A DNA stretch of 30,136 nt, taken from contig JAURAC010000035.1 of the NCBI GenBank assembly GCA_030586555.1, positions 1-30,136 of the forward strand, written 5' to 3'. The stretch's first letter is position 1. Each line of letters begins with the position of its first letter. This DNA comes from Candidatus Subterrananammoxibius californiae. Lineage in GTDB: Bacteria; Planctomycetota; Brocadiia; Brocadiales; Subterrananammoxibiaceae. Positions 8,001 through 17,389 of this stretch are shown here, piece by piece. The notes beneath the pieces were generated by a model. That model saw nothing but the letters and a program-made list of their open reading frames with translations, searched no databases and was not told where the DNA came from. A program made the position numbers and the translations under genes.

Positions 8001-10844
8001 ATGGCAGAAAAAGAAGAAAAAAAGTCTTATGCATTACTGTATCTTATAATGTGTGTTGCCCTGATAGGCGTCACTATATGGGCTATTTGGAACGAAACGT
8101 TTACAAGAAGGCCCTGGAAGCAGTACCAGGGGCGTTACTCTCGGCTCGAGGAGCAGTACTTAAAGGATAAATACACAAGGCTTAAAGAAGAGTTTGAAAG
8201 CCCCGACGTGCAGGCAGAGTACATGGAGGTAAAAAAACATCTTGATGAAGCCAAAAGCAGCCTTTACTCGCCAAATACTAAACGTTACTACGAGGGCTTA
8301 CTAACGGAAAATAGAATATTAGAGGAAAAACAGCTCCCCCCATTAATGTTTGATGCAAATGCTGCCCGCAGTGAACTGCTCGAACAAAAATACCTTTACA
8401 GCGTAGACCATAGCGAAGAAACGTTAAAGAAAATACACGACCTTGAGGAGACGATTAGCAAACTTGAAAACCGCATAGAGGCAACGAAAAATAGAGAAGA
8501 AGAATTAGGGGGAAGGATAGCTGAAGTTACCTCCGAGGTAAGTAAGCACGCCAAACAATTAGGGACCTTTACTGAAAAAATGGATAAGGTTCAAGATGCG
8601 TTTGTCTCCGTATATCAAAAGCACGCTACGATACAAACGTATCAGGTATATTTTGAGGAGATGAATGAAGCCGACCGTTGCATGACATGCCATCTTGGGA
8701 TTAACAGAACCGAAAGTGTCTCTACAGAGCAACCCTATGCAATACATCCTAAGAGGGAATTCTATTTAGGTGCTCATCCACCTGAACGTTTTGGTTGCAT
8801 ACTCTGTCACAATGGTCAAGGAAGGGCGACAGCCTCTCCGGAAAAAGCACATGGCGAGGTCGAGTATTGGCTCACCCCTGTACTTCGTGGCAGCGAGGCT
8901 CATACATCCTGTATAAAATGCCATCCTGAAGAGAGCAACTTACAAGGGGCATCAGTAGCCTCTAAAGGAAAAAGGCTTTTTAAAGATTTAGGATGTTACG
9001 GGTGTCATACAACGAAGGGCTTCGAAAAATACGAGGCAGAAAGAATTGCCCCCGACCTTTTAGAATTACCCCACAAGGTATATGCTGAGTGGCTGCCTGA
9101 GTGGATTCGGAATACAAAAGGCTTCCGTCCTGATACAAGAATGCCAGATTTTAAATTTTCAGCTGATGAAGCTGTCGCCATTGCAGCATACTTATGGCAG
9201 AATGCCTCCACTGTTCCACTTCCACTAAAGATTAAAGCAGACGAAAAAGGTAGTGTAGAAGAAGGAAAAGCCCTGTTTGAAAATATTGGGTGCCTGGCTT
9301 GCCACAAGGATGGTGAGAAGGGAAGTAGTTACGCTCCCAACTTATCTCGTATTGGGGATAAAGTAAGATATGATTTTTTGGTAAATTGGCTTGTAGACCC
9401 AAAAATTATTCAGGCAAAGACAAACATGCCTAATTTAAGGCTTACAGACGAAGAGGGAATCCACATTGCCACTTATCTTTCTGCATTGAAAGGTTCTGAG
9501 TTAGGGGTGTCCGCTGAGACAGTCAAAGAGCTTAATAATCCACAAAAGGCAGAAGAAGGGAAAAAGTTGATAGATTGGTACGGATGCTTCGGTTGCCACC
9601 AGATTTCTGGTACGGAAGGCAAGGGAAAGATTGGCGTAGAACTTTCGAGTATTGGTTCTAAGCCTATCGGACAATTTGATTTTGGCATTAATGAAAAAGC
9701 AATCTTGCAAAAGGTTGGATTAAGGTTTGTAGAAGAAAACACCTTTAAGGCAAGAAAGGCATGGATTGCTGAGAAACTAAGAGACACGTGGCAATTCGAT
9801 GTAGGAAGATACAAAACACATGCAGAGAAATTAAAGATGCCTTATTACAATTTAAGCCCGGATGAAATTGATGCCTTGACGGTATTCCTTATAGGACTTA
9901 CGGATGAAGAATTACCATACAGGTTCTGGTACACCGTGTCAGATAAAAAGCGTGCTATCGAAGAAGGACGCGAGCTTGTTGAAAAATATAATTGCACAGG
10001 CTGCCACCAGTTTACACCTGATAAGATTACCCTTGTAGATAACACCAAGCTCGTCGGAGCAATAAAATTGAAAGAGGAGGACAACCTTTACTTACAATTA
10101 TGGGAAGAAAACGTTCCTTTAGAAAAGAAGGTTGGCGAAACAATCCCTGTATCTTTCGCACAAATAAAGGAACACATTCCTGCCGAAGGGGGAGATATTA
10201 TCCCTTTAATAAGATCTCATTTTGAAGAAGAGGGGTTACTTCCGGAAGAGGCAAATGTTTTTGCCCCTCCGCGTCTTTATGCAGAGGGGAAAAAAGTTCA
10301 ACCGCTGTGGCTCTTTGAGTTCCTTTTGAAGCCGATAGGACTCAGACCGTGGCTAAAGGTTAGAATGCCGACCTATGAAATGTCTTCTCAAGAAGCTACA
10401 AAGGTGGCAAAGTTTTTTTCGCTTATAGAGAATGAAGATTATCCTTATGTAGATATAGAAGAGATAAAAAAAGAATACTTGGAAGAAAAGGAAAAGAAAT
10501 TTCCCGATTATCTTGCAAAGGCAAAGGTTTTGTTTGAAGCTAAGGATGTAAATTGTGGCTCCTGCCATGTGCAGGGCAGTAAAACTCCAGAAGGAGACCC
10601 TTCGGAATGGGCGCCAGACTTATCGCTTGCAAGAGTACGCCTGAGGCCAACCTGGATTACAAAATGGCTTCTTGACCCACAAGCTATTGAGCCTGGCACA
10701 AAGATGCCAAGATTCTTTCGTACGGGAGAATTACAAGACTATTTCCCAGGTACCCCGGAGGAACAAGCCACGGCTATAAAAGACCTTCTTATGAATTTTT
10801 CGGTGATGTCTTCTCTAGGAGAACTGGCTAAGACAGGCTTTTAA
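8001..10844 (+). CDS. Membrane-anchored octaheme cytochrome c subunit with coiled-coil stalk
   Basis: N-terminal TM helix, about 170-aa coiled-coil-like region, 8 CxxCH (CMTCH, CILCH, CIKCH, CYGCH, CLACH, CFGCH, CTGCH, CGSCH), repeated class I domains with MP distal Met motifs. Confidence 0.9.
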   Translation: MAEKEEKKSYALLYLIMCVALIGVTIWAIWNETFTRRPWKQYQGRYSRLEEQYLKDKYTRLKEEFESPDVQAEYMEVKKHLDEAKSSLYSPNTKRYYEGLLTENRILEEKQLPPLMFDANAARSELLEQKYLYSVDHSEETLKKIHDLEETISKLENRIEATKNREEELGGRIAEVTSEVSKHAKQLGTFTEKMDKVQDAFVSVYQKHATIQTYQVYFEEMNEADRCMTCHLGINRTESVSTEQPYAIHPKREFYLGAHPPERFGCILCHNGQGRATASPEKAHGEVEYWLTPVLRGSEAHTSCIKCHPEESNLQGASVASKGKRLFKDLGCYGCHTTKGFEKYEAERIAPDLLELPHKVYAEWLPEWIRNTKGFRPDTRMPDFKFSADEAVAIAAYLWQNASTVPLPLKIKADEKGSVEEGKALFENIGCLACHKDGEKGSSYAPNLSRIGDKVRYDFLVNWLVDPKIIQAKTNMPNLRLTDEEGIHIATYLSALKGSELGVSAETVKELNNPQKAEEGKKLIDWYGCFGCHQISGTEGKGKIGVELSSIGSKPIGQFDFGINEKAILQKVGLRFVEENTFKARKAWIAEKLRDTWQFDVGRYKTHAEKLKMPYYNLSPDEIDALTVFLIGLTDEELPYRFWYTVSDKKRAIEEGRELVEKYNCTGCHQFTPDKITLVDNTKLVGAIKLKEEDNLYLQLWEENVPLEKKVGETIPVSFAQIKEHIPAEGGDIIPLIRSHFEEEGLLPEEANVFAPPRLYAEGKKVQPLWLFEFLLKPIGLRPWLKVRMPTYEMSSQEATKVAKFFSLIENEDYPYVDIEEIKKEYLEEKEKKFPDYLAKAKVLFEAKDVNCGSCHVQGSKTPEGDPSEWAPDLSLARVRLRPTWITKWLLDPQAIEPGTKMPRFFRTGELQDYFPGTPEEQATAIKDLLMNFSVMSSLGELAKTGF

Positions 10845-10891
10845 CCCCCACCCCTTTCCCTCCCCCTTGAGGGAGAGGGTAGGGTGAGGGT
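10845..10891. repeat. C-rich/G-rich palindromic intergenic element (family B)
   Basis: CCCCCACCCCTTTCCCTCCCCCTTGAGGGAGAGGGTAGGGTGAGGG folds as a long hairpin right after the stop codon. Similar element at 18341-18388. Confidence 0.6.
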
Positions 10892-10902
10892 GTGGAAAAA
10901 AC

Positions 10903-11667
10903 TTGATTTTCAATGTTAACAAAAATAAAATTAGTAACAAGGCTACACTATTAATCAGCATATTAAGTTTAACATTTACACTTACCGCTTACTCAAAAGC
11001 GGATGAAAAAAGGTACAAAGAAATTATAGTAGCAAATGGAGGATGTATAACTGGAACGGTGAGTTTTGATGGCGATATTCCACCAACAAAGCTACTACCA
11101 ATAAATAAGGACCACGAATTTTGCGGGAAAGAACCAAGACCTTCACCTGTACTTGAGATACATCAAGTTAATAAGGGAATTAAAAACGTGATAGTATCAA
11201 TCGAAGATATTTTTGAGGGAAAACATTTTGATATGTCGGGCATTCGTCCACTTCTTGACCAGCAGAGATGCACGTTTATACCGCATGTCCTTGTCATTAC
11301 TGCAGGTACTACCGTGGACATCTTAAATGGAGATAATCTTATGCACAATGTTCATTCACATTGTACAAAAAATTCACCATTTAATGAAGGTACGACATAC
11401 AAGCAGAGGCTTTCAAAGAGGTTTGATTTTGAAGAGACGGTAAAAATCTCCTGCGATGTTCATAAATGGATGAGCGCCTGGATTGTTGTAAAGGAGAATC
11501 CATATTTTGCCCTGACAGATGAGGAAGGACGCTTTACTATCGAAGATGTGCCTCCTGGCACCTATAAACTTCAGGCATGGCACGAATCTTTAGGGATAAA
11601 TACCAAAGAAATCAATCTTGGACCAAACGAAGAATTAAAGGTAAATTTCTCTTGCAACCAGAAATAA
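10903..11667 (+). CDS. Exported cupredoxin-like protein with carboxypeptidase-regulatory-like C-terminal domain (paralog 1)
   Basis: Signal peptide, LDQQRCTFIPHV, HNVH and CDVHKWM (His..Cys-x2-His-x2-Met type-1-Cu-like set), GRFTIEDVPPGTYKLQAWHE. The TTG start is uncertain. Confidence 0.75.
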   Translation: MIFNVNKNKISNKATLLISILSLTFTLTAYSKADEKRYKEIIVANGGCITGTVSFDGDIPPTKLLPINKDHEFCGKEPRPSPVLEIHQVNKGIKNVIVSIEDIFEGKHFDMSGIRPLLDQQRCTFIPHVLVITAGTTVDILNGDNLMHNVHSHCTKNSPFNEGTTYKQRLSKRFDFEETVKISCDVHKWMSAWIVVKENPYFALTDEEGRFTIEDVPPGTYKLQAWHESLGINTKEINLGPNEELKVNFSCNQK

Positions 11668-11851
11668 AATCTTTATAATGCAGCAAATATTATATTAATA
11701 ATTATACTTTTAAGAAAGGGGGTGACGGGGGCGGTTGAAAAATAATTAAGAACCAAAGGATTAATCCTTTAAAATTCTTAATTGTTAATTCATTGTTACC
11801 GTAAGGGGAAAAGTGTATTTTGAACTTTGGTGAAAGGAGGTGGCGGGTATT

Positions 11852-12622
11852 ATGAAGTACTTTAATAAGAAAGGTTGTATCGGAGCAGTAGCTGTTGCTT
11901 TCACGGTAGCCTTTTCTTTGGCCATAACAAGGGCCTATGCTACAGAAGGGGCTGCCACAGATGGAAAGGAAGTTTACAAGGAGTATTGCGCTCCCTGCCA
12001 TGGGGAAGAAGGCAAAGGAGATGGGCCTGTTGCTCAGTCAATTTTTCCAAAACCGAGAGATTTCACAACCGGGGCGTATAAAATTCGTTCAACCCCAAGC
12101 GGTTCGCTTCCCACAGATGAGGATATTCTTCGCACTCTTTACTATGGCATACCAGGAACAAGCATGATTCCATGGGATGTGCTTACACAAGAGCAACGCG
12201 AGGCATTAGTTCCCGTTCTAAAAGGGTTTTCAGAGGCTTTTCAATATAGAAAACCCGAACCTCCCGTAGAAATAGGACTTGAAATTAGGGCTACAGCAGA
12301 AACCATAGCTTTGGGTAAAAAGATTTACGAGGAAAAGGAGTGCTGGAAGTGTCACGGTGAGGAAGGAAAAGGCGATGGACCAAGCGCGAGTGAATTAGAA
12401 GACGATTGGGGTAATCCAATTCTGCCTTTCGATTTTACAAAGGGCACAAACCTTAGAGGCGGTAACTCAGATAGAGACGTCTATCTCAGATTTACCACCG
12501 GCATGACAGGAACCCCGATGCCCTCTTTTGCAGCAGAGCTCAGTAACGAACAGAGATGGTATCTCGTTCACTACGTGAGGTCGCTCATGAAGCCAGCTTT
12601 AGTTGCCAAAGGGGCAGAGTAA
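11852..12622 (+). CDS. Diheme cytochrome c (probable partner of the HAO-like protein)
   Basis: Signal peptide (..TRAYA), CAPCH and CWKCH, GTSMIPW and GTPMPSF distal Met motifs. ATG at 11852 follows GAAAGGAGG, whereas the ORF-track GTG overlaps the RBS. Confidence 0.9.
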   Translation: MKYFNKKGCIGAVAVAFTVAFSLAITRAYATEGAATDGKEVYKEYCAPCHGEEGKGDGPVAQSIFPKPRDFTTGAYKIRSTPSGSLPTDEDILRTLYYGIPGTSMIPWDVLTQEQREALVPVLKGFSEAFQYRKPEPPVEIGLEIRATAETIALGKKIYEEKECWKCHGEEGKGDGPSASELEDDWGNPILPFDFTKGTNLRGGNSDRDVYLRFTTGMTGTPMPSFAAELSNEQRWYLVHYVRSLMKPALVAKGAE

Positions 12623-12674
12623 TCCTTTACGTGAACACTTTTTAATCCGCCCGAGGCGGACCAGGAGGCATAAA

Positions 12675-14408
12675 ATGAATCGGATTAAAGGAACGAAACT
12701 CATCTTCAGCGCTTTTGTCTTTCTGACTGCGGCATGCCTGGCATTACCTGTTCGTGCGCAGGAAGCTCCAGCAGAGCAAAAAGCGCTTAATATCTACGAT
12801 GGAAAGCCCGATTGGTATAGGGCAGTTTTTGAAAAACACGTTGGGTTAAATGAAGGCTCAGGACCTTTTAAGGACTTTTTTAAGCCAACGAAGCTCCACA
12901 TGTATTGGAGTCCAGACAGACACTACGTACCTTCCGATAAATTGGACCACACAATATTTATTGAGAAGGAAAGAAAGGATTTGTGTGTCCTGTGCCACGA
13001 AGGGATAAATGTAGGTACAGTTGTTGATTGGCAGGAATCCGCGCATTACAATCCAAAGAAGTCTCCATTCTTTGCCAGCAGGACGAGACTGATAGAAAAG
13101 TCTCTTGGCAGAGAAATTAATCAGGTACATTGCTTTGACTGCCATGTGGACAAAGAGAAAAAAAGCATCAGGATGCCGTCTGCAAACGTCTGTGGCGAAT
13201 GTCATACCCAGCAGGTTGAAGAGTTCATGCAGGAAAGCAAACACGGTCGTCCTAACCACGTCCAATCATGGGAAGCAAACGTGATAGTACCATGGTACGC
13301 TGATATGGCACAGAAGGGACACATAGCAGGTATGGTTGGTTGTGACATGTGTCATGCTGTTGCGGAAAAGTGTGATGGTTGTCACACAAGACATACGTTT
13401 TCTTCAGTAGAGGCAAGGAAATCAGAAGCATGTGTTTCCTGTCACATGGGTCCTGACCATCCAGATTCAGAGTCGTATTTTGAGTCAAAACATGGCAAAA
13501 TCTATGAAATGCAGGAAGAACACTTTGACTTCACAAAACCGCTGGCTCAGGTTGAGGTTGGCAAGGATTATCGTGCCCCTACCTGCCAGCTGTGCCACAT
13601 GTATCAGGGTGGCGGAAGATTCACACACAATTTTGTCTCAAAGGGAATCTGGAGGATGGGTACTGTTCCACCATCAAATATTGAGTATGAGTCCTCTCTA
13701 AAGGATTATCCCTACGGCATAAAAATCATCGCAAACAAGATAGATATTTATTCCGATGCAAATAATGAAAAGAGGGCAAAGTGGAATGAACTTTGTTCAA
13801 AATGCCATGGTCCACGATTTGTCGAAGCCTATCGTGAATGCATAGATGATTTTATGTTGCAGGCATTTAAGCTTACAGACCAGGCACAAAAGATTCTTGA
13901 CGACCTTGCCGCAGATGGTATGTATTATCCATCTATTGCTGATAGGGACATCTTCCCGTTGGGCGATAAGATTACAGACATTCTTGGTCCAGATTTCCTT
14001 GGTGAGCCAGTCTTTAATGCGCTTAAGACAACAAGGGGTAAGCTGCCAATTATAGGTCCAATCCTTGGTGTTTATGGACTATTCTATCAAGGCAAAGGCA
14101 ACCCGTTACCCATCGAGAATGCGTATGCAAAGATGTGGTTCTTTTATAAACTGCAAGGATACAAAGGCACCGCCCACGCCCAACAAGACCTCTCCTGGTG
14201 GTGGGGTCAGGCTCCGATGCTTCATGAGCTGGGGGTAGTCCAATCGGAGGCAGCAAGACTTCGCAGAGAAGCGGCGCTCGAAAAGACGCTTGCTGAAGTT
14301 GGTGGAGTGCAAGTTCCCGGCGGTTTAACCCCGGAAGATGTGCAATTCCTTAAAACTAAGATAGAACAGCTATCTGCTGAAGTAAAGGCTTTGAAGAAAG
14401 GCAAATAA
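12675..14408 (+). CDS. hao: Octaheme hydroxylamine oxidoreductase (HAO)-family protein, reductive type lacking the cross-link Tyr
   Basis: AGGAGG RBS before ATG 12675, signal peptide (..PVRA/QE), 8 CxxCH with HAO spacing (CDMCH..CDGCHTRHTFS..ACVSCHMGPDHP..SKHG..APTCQLCHM..CSKCH), C-terminal GTAHAQQDLSWWWGQAPM. Confidence 0.9.
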   Translation: MNRIKGTKLIFSAFVFLTAACLALPVRAQEAPAEQKALNIYDGKPDWYRAVFEKHVGLNEGSGPFKDFFKPTKLHMYWSPDRHYVPSDKLDHTIFIEKERKDLCVLCHEGINVGTVVDWQESAHYNPKKSPFFASRTRLIEKSLGREINQVHCFDCHVDKEKKSIRMPSANVCGECHTQQVEEFMQESKHGRPNHVQSWEANVIVPWYADMAQKGHIAGMVGCDMCHAVAEKCDGCHTRHTFSSVEARKSEACVSCHMGPDHPDSESYFESKHGKIYEMQEEHFDFTKPLAQVEVGKDYRAPTCQLCHMYQGGGRFTHNFVSKGIWRMGTVPPSNIEYESSLKDYPYGIKIIANKIDIYSDANNEKRAKWNELCSKCHGPRFVEAYRECIDDFMLQAFKLTDQAQKILDDLAADGMYYPSIADRDIFPLGDKITDILGPDFLGEPVFNALKTTRGKLPIIGPILGVYGLFYQGKGNPLPIENAYAKMWFFYKLQGYKGTAHAQQDLSWWWGQAPMLHELGVVQSEAARLRREAALEKTLAEVGGVQVPGGLTPEDVQFLKTKIEQLSAEVKALKKGK

Positions 14409-14421
14409 AGAGTTTTAATGG

Positions 14422-14460
14422 GTAGGTGGGGTATTCTATGCCCCACCTACTCGTTTTTTT
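14422..14460 (+). terminator. Rho-independent terminator-like hairpin (GTAG-type REP-like)
   Basis: GTAGGTGGGG-N9-CCCCACCTAC followed by TCGTTTTTTT, just after the hao stop. Confidence 0.7.
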
Positions 14461-14481
14461 GCAAGTTTGAGGAGGATTAGA

Positions 14482-15228
14482 ATGAAAGGGCTGTATGGTA
14501 TTGCGTTAGGAATGGGATTGACATTGGGTGTTATTGGCAGTTCAGGCACACTGGTAAAATCTTATGGCTACACAGAAATGGATGTTGCCCAAGGTGGCAC
14601 TATAACTGGAACTGTTACGTTCGAGGGGGATATGCCTGCACCGAAGTTGTTAAAAGTAGACAAGGATTTGGAGACATGTGGACATCATGAAATGTTTTCT
14701 GAAGAATTAATTATTTCAAAAGATACTAAGGGAATAAAAAACGTTATTGTATCCATTGAAGGTATTGAGAAGGGGAAAAAATTTATCCCGCCGAGCTCTA
14801 ATCCTGCGCTTGACCAAAAAGAATGCACATATATACCACACGTACTTGCCATCTCGGCTGGAACCACGGTGGACATACTCAATAGCGACAAAGTCCTGCA
14901 TAATGTCCATTCTTATGCAATTAAGAATTCACCCTTTAATGAAGGTGTTTCAACAGGTGGAAAGCTACCTAAGAAATTTGAATTTCCAGAACTTGTGCCA
15001 ATAAAATGCGACCTCCATAAATGGATGAGCGCATTTATAGTTATCAAAGATAATCCTTACTTTGTAATGACAGACGATAATGGGAGTTTCAAAATAGATA
15101 ACGTGCCTGCGGGTACATATAAACTTCAGGCTTGGCAGGAGAAACTTGGAAAACAGGTGCAGGATGTTACTATAGAAGCAGGTAAGGAAGTAAAAGTAGA
15201 TTTTCAATTAAAACCAAAGGGAAAGTAA
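14482..15228 (+). CDS. Exported cupredoxin-like protein (paralog 2), first gene of cassette 1
   Basis: GGAGGA RBS before ATG 14482, signal peptide, HNVH..CDLHKWM, NVPAGTYKLQAW. Confidence 0.8.
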   Translation: MKGLYGIALGMGLTLGVIGSSGTLVKSYGYTEMDVAQGGTITGTVTFEGDMPAPKLLKVDKDLETCGHHEMFSEELIISKDTKGIKNVIVSIEGIEKGKKFIPPSSNPALDQKECTYIPHVLAISAGTTVDILNSDKVLHNVHSYAIKNSPFNEGVSTGGKLPKKFEFPELVPIKCDLHKWMSAFIVIKDNPYFVMTDDNGSFKIDNVPAGTYKLQAWQEKLGKQVQDVTIEAGKEVKVDFQLKPKGK

Positions 15229-15341
15229 CAATTACAAACGGTCGTACCATTGGACGGAGTACCTCTTCTCTTTAAGCTTTCAGCTAATAGCGTACCATAA
15301 AAAATATCTGAGTAAATAGTTCGTGAAATAAGGGGCTATTA

Positions 15342-17303
15342 ATGACCAGACAAAGAGTAATATTGGCAGTTTTGATTTTTTCTGCCATACTTGCGATTGT
15401 ATTGCCTTTTACAGCCTTTGCTCAGGAAGAAGTCGAAGAGGCAGTAGTTCAATACAGGCCGTTCCTTTTGGGAGGCAGTGCTCGTGTTGCGGTATGGATT
15501 GTTGCCGAACTTCATTTAATGTTTGCCGCATTCGTTCTTGGCGTCCCTATGTTTGCGGTAATTATCGAGTTGGTGGGGGTAAGAACCAAGGATGAGCGCT
15601 ATAACAAACTTGCCCATGAACTTACAAAGCTACTTTCTGCATCCTTTGCTACAACAGCAGCCCTTGGCGGGGTTTTAGCCTTCTTTCTAATTGGCCTTTA
15701 CCCCGGATTTACCCACTACATGGCAAATATTTTTCACACCACCTTCTATATTTATGCCTTTCTTTTCTTCGGTGAGGCATTTAGCCTTTATGCTTACTAT
15801 TATTCCTGGGACAGGTTATTGCACAAAAAATGGGCGCATCTACTATTAGGATTATCACTGAACCTCTTTGGTACTGCGCTTATGATTATTGCTAATTCAT
15901 GGACAACATTCATGATGAGCCCCGCAGGAATAGAAAAGGAAACAGGACAGCTTCTAAGTTTGTGGGACGCTATTGCTAATCCTCTTTGGAATCCTATAAA
16001 TATTCATCGTTTGATTGCAAACGTTGCCTTTGGAGGATTTGTGGTAGGAGCCTACGCAGCCATTAAATTCCTTGGTGCAACAGTAGATGAGGAAAAGGCT
16101 CATTACGACTGGATGGGTTATACAGGAAATTTTATAGGTTTAGCAGCGCTTATTCCACTACCATTTGCAGGGTACTGGCTTGGAAGAGAGATTTACAGTT
16201 CAAGCGCCGTAATGGGTAACATTTCGATGGGCGGGGCATTCTCGTGGGCATTCATTATTCAAGCAGTGCTTATTGGTATGCTGTTTATAGGCGCTAATTA
16301 TTACTTGTGGGCTGGTATGGATAGGATTAAAGGTGCAGAGCGATATGCCTGGTGGATAAAATATTTAATTGTTATGCTATTCTTTTCCATAGCAGTTTGG
16401 TTGACGCCGCACAACCTTCCACTTAGCGGTGAGGAACGGTCTGTCATTGGTGAACAGTATCATCCCTTTTCAAAATTCTTTGGGGTAATGGCTGCAAAGA
16501 ATGCTGCTGTAAATTTAACTATTTTAGTTACGTTCTTTTCCTTCATTCTTTACAGGCGTGCGAACAAGGGACAAACGGTCCTATTTTCCAAACAGGGTAA
16601 AGGAGTAAAGATTGCACTTATTATAGGCGCTGCTGCCTCTGTTGCCTTGTTGGCGTGGTATGCAATAGGCTTGCCCAATGTAAAGGTGCTGGAAGATGCT
16701 ATCCGTCCATATGTTTGGCCGTTGGTAATTCTTTTAGGAATCCAGGGAGGCATTGTTATAGCATCAACTATTTTAACATTTTTCAACAGGGGCGTATTTG
16801 CTCAGTACCTCCTTTTTGGCTTTACCATAGCTATATCCGTAATTTATATGGGTATTTATGGTTTTGAACTTATGGGGAAAGCTAACCTCCTGCTCAGGTA
16901 TCTCTCCGTATCACAGGTATTGATAGTTATTGCCTGCCTCATAACAAATACGATGATTGATGTGGCAGTCTTTTCGAGGGCACAGAGTGTTGGGGGCGTT
17001 GCATGGGGTAGGATGTCTGTAAGGTCGCAATACGCATTAATTTTACTATGCGTCACAATTGTAACAATGATGGGCTTAATGGGATTCGTTCGTTCAGGAC
17101 TGCGCCTGGACTGGCACATTTACGGTGTCTTGCGTGATACCTCGGACGGGGCTTTTACGCCAAGTTATGCGTATATGGGAGAGGTTGTAGGAATAACTGT
17201 ACTTCTTTTCCTCGGGCTTGTTACCTTTGTTTTCTGGTTAGCCAGTTTAGGAGAGAAGAAAGCCGTTGAAAAAGCAGAACTGATCGAAGAAGTGATTGCT
17301 TAA
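15342..17303 (+). CDS. Cytochrome bd subunit I (CydA)-like membrane protein, non-canonical bd-like family (copy 1)
   Basis: ELHLMFAAFVLGVP (first His), FFGEAF, ANSWTTFMMSPAG, NPLW..IHRLIAN (second His), GFVRSGLRLDWHIYG in place of EYGRQPW. Many TM helices and an N-terminal signal-like segment. Confidence 0.85.
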   Translation: MTRQRVILAVLIFSAILAIVLPFTAFAQEEVEEAVVQYRPFLLGGSARVAVWIVAELHLMFAAFVLGVPMFAVIIELVGVRTKDERYNKLAHELTKLLSASFATTAALGGVLAFFLIGLYPGFTHYMANIFHTTFYIYAFLFFGEAFSLYAYYYSWDRLLHKKWAHLLLGLSLNLFGTALMIIANSWTTFMMSPAGIEKETGQLLSLWDAIANPLWNPINIHRLIANVAFGGFVVGAYAAIKFLGATVDEEKAHYDWMGYTGNFIGLAALIPLPFAGYWLGREIYSSSAVMGNISMGGAFSWAFIIQAVLIGMLFIGANYYLWAGMDRIKGAERYAWWIKYLIVMLFFSIAVWLTPHNLPLSGEERSVIGEQYHPFSKFFGVMAAKNAAVNLTILVTFFSFILYRRANKGQTVLFSKQGKGVKIALIIGAAASVALLAWYAIGLPNVKVLEDAIRPYVWPLVILLGIQGGIVIASTILTFFNRGVFAQYLLFGFTIAISVIYMGIYGFELMGKANLLLRYLSVSQVLIVIACLITNTMIDVAVFSRAQSVGGVAWGRMSVRSQYALILLCVTIVTMMGLMGFVRSGLRLDWHIYGVLRDTSDGAFTPSYAYMGEVVGITVLLFLGLVTFVFWLASLGEKKAVEKAELIEEVIA

Positions 17304-17389
17304 GTTAATAAAAGCGAAAGCAGAGACTGTTCTTGAACTACCCGATGAAATTTTACCCGCCTTAGGTGGGGCAGTTGGAGAATCGTAAC

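Noticed and set aside
12603..12674. ORF-track N-terminal extensions (also 11840, 14467, 17366)
   Set aside because: Downstream ATGs have clear Shine-Dalgarno sequences and give proper signal peptides or anchors. The extensions cross repeats or RBSs.
12675..14408. Oxidative HAO or hydrazine dehydrogenase as proof of ammonia oxidation or anammox
   Set aside because: The cross-link Tyr appears absent, and no amo, cycA/cycB or hzs genes are in the window.
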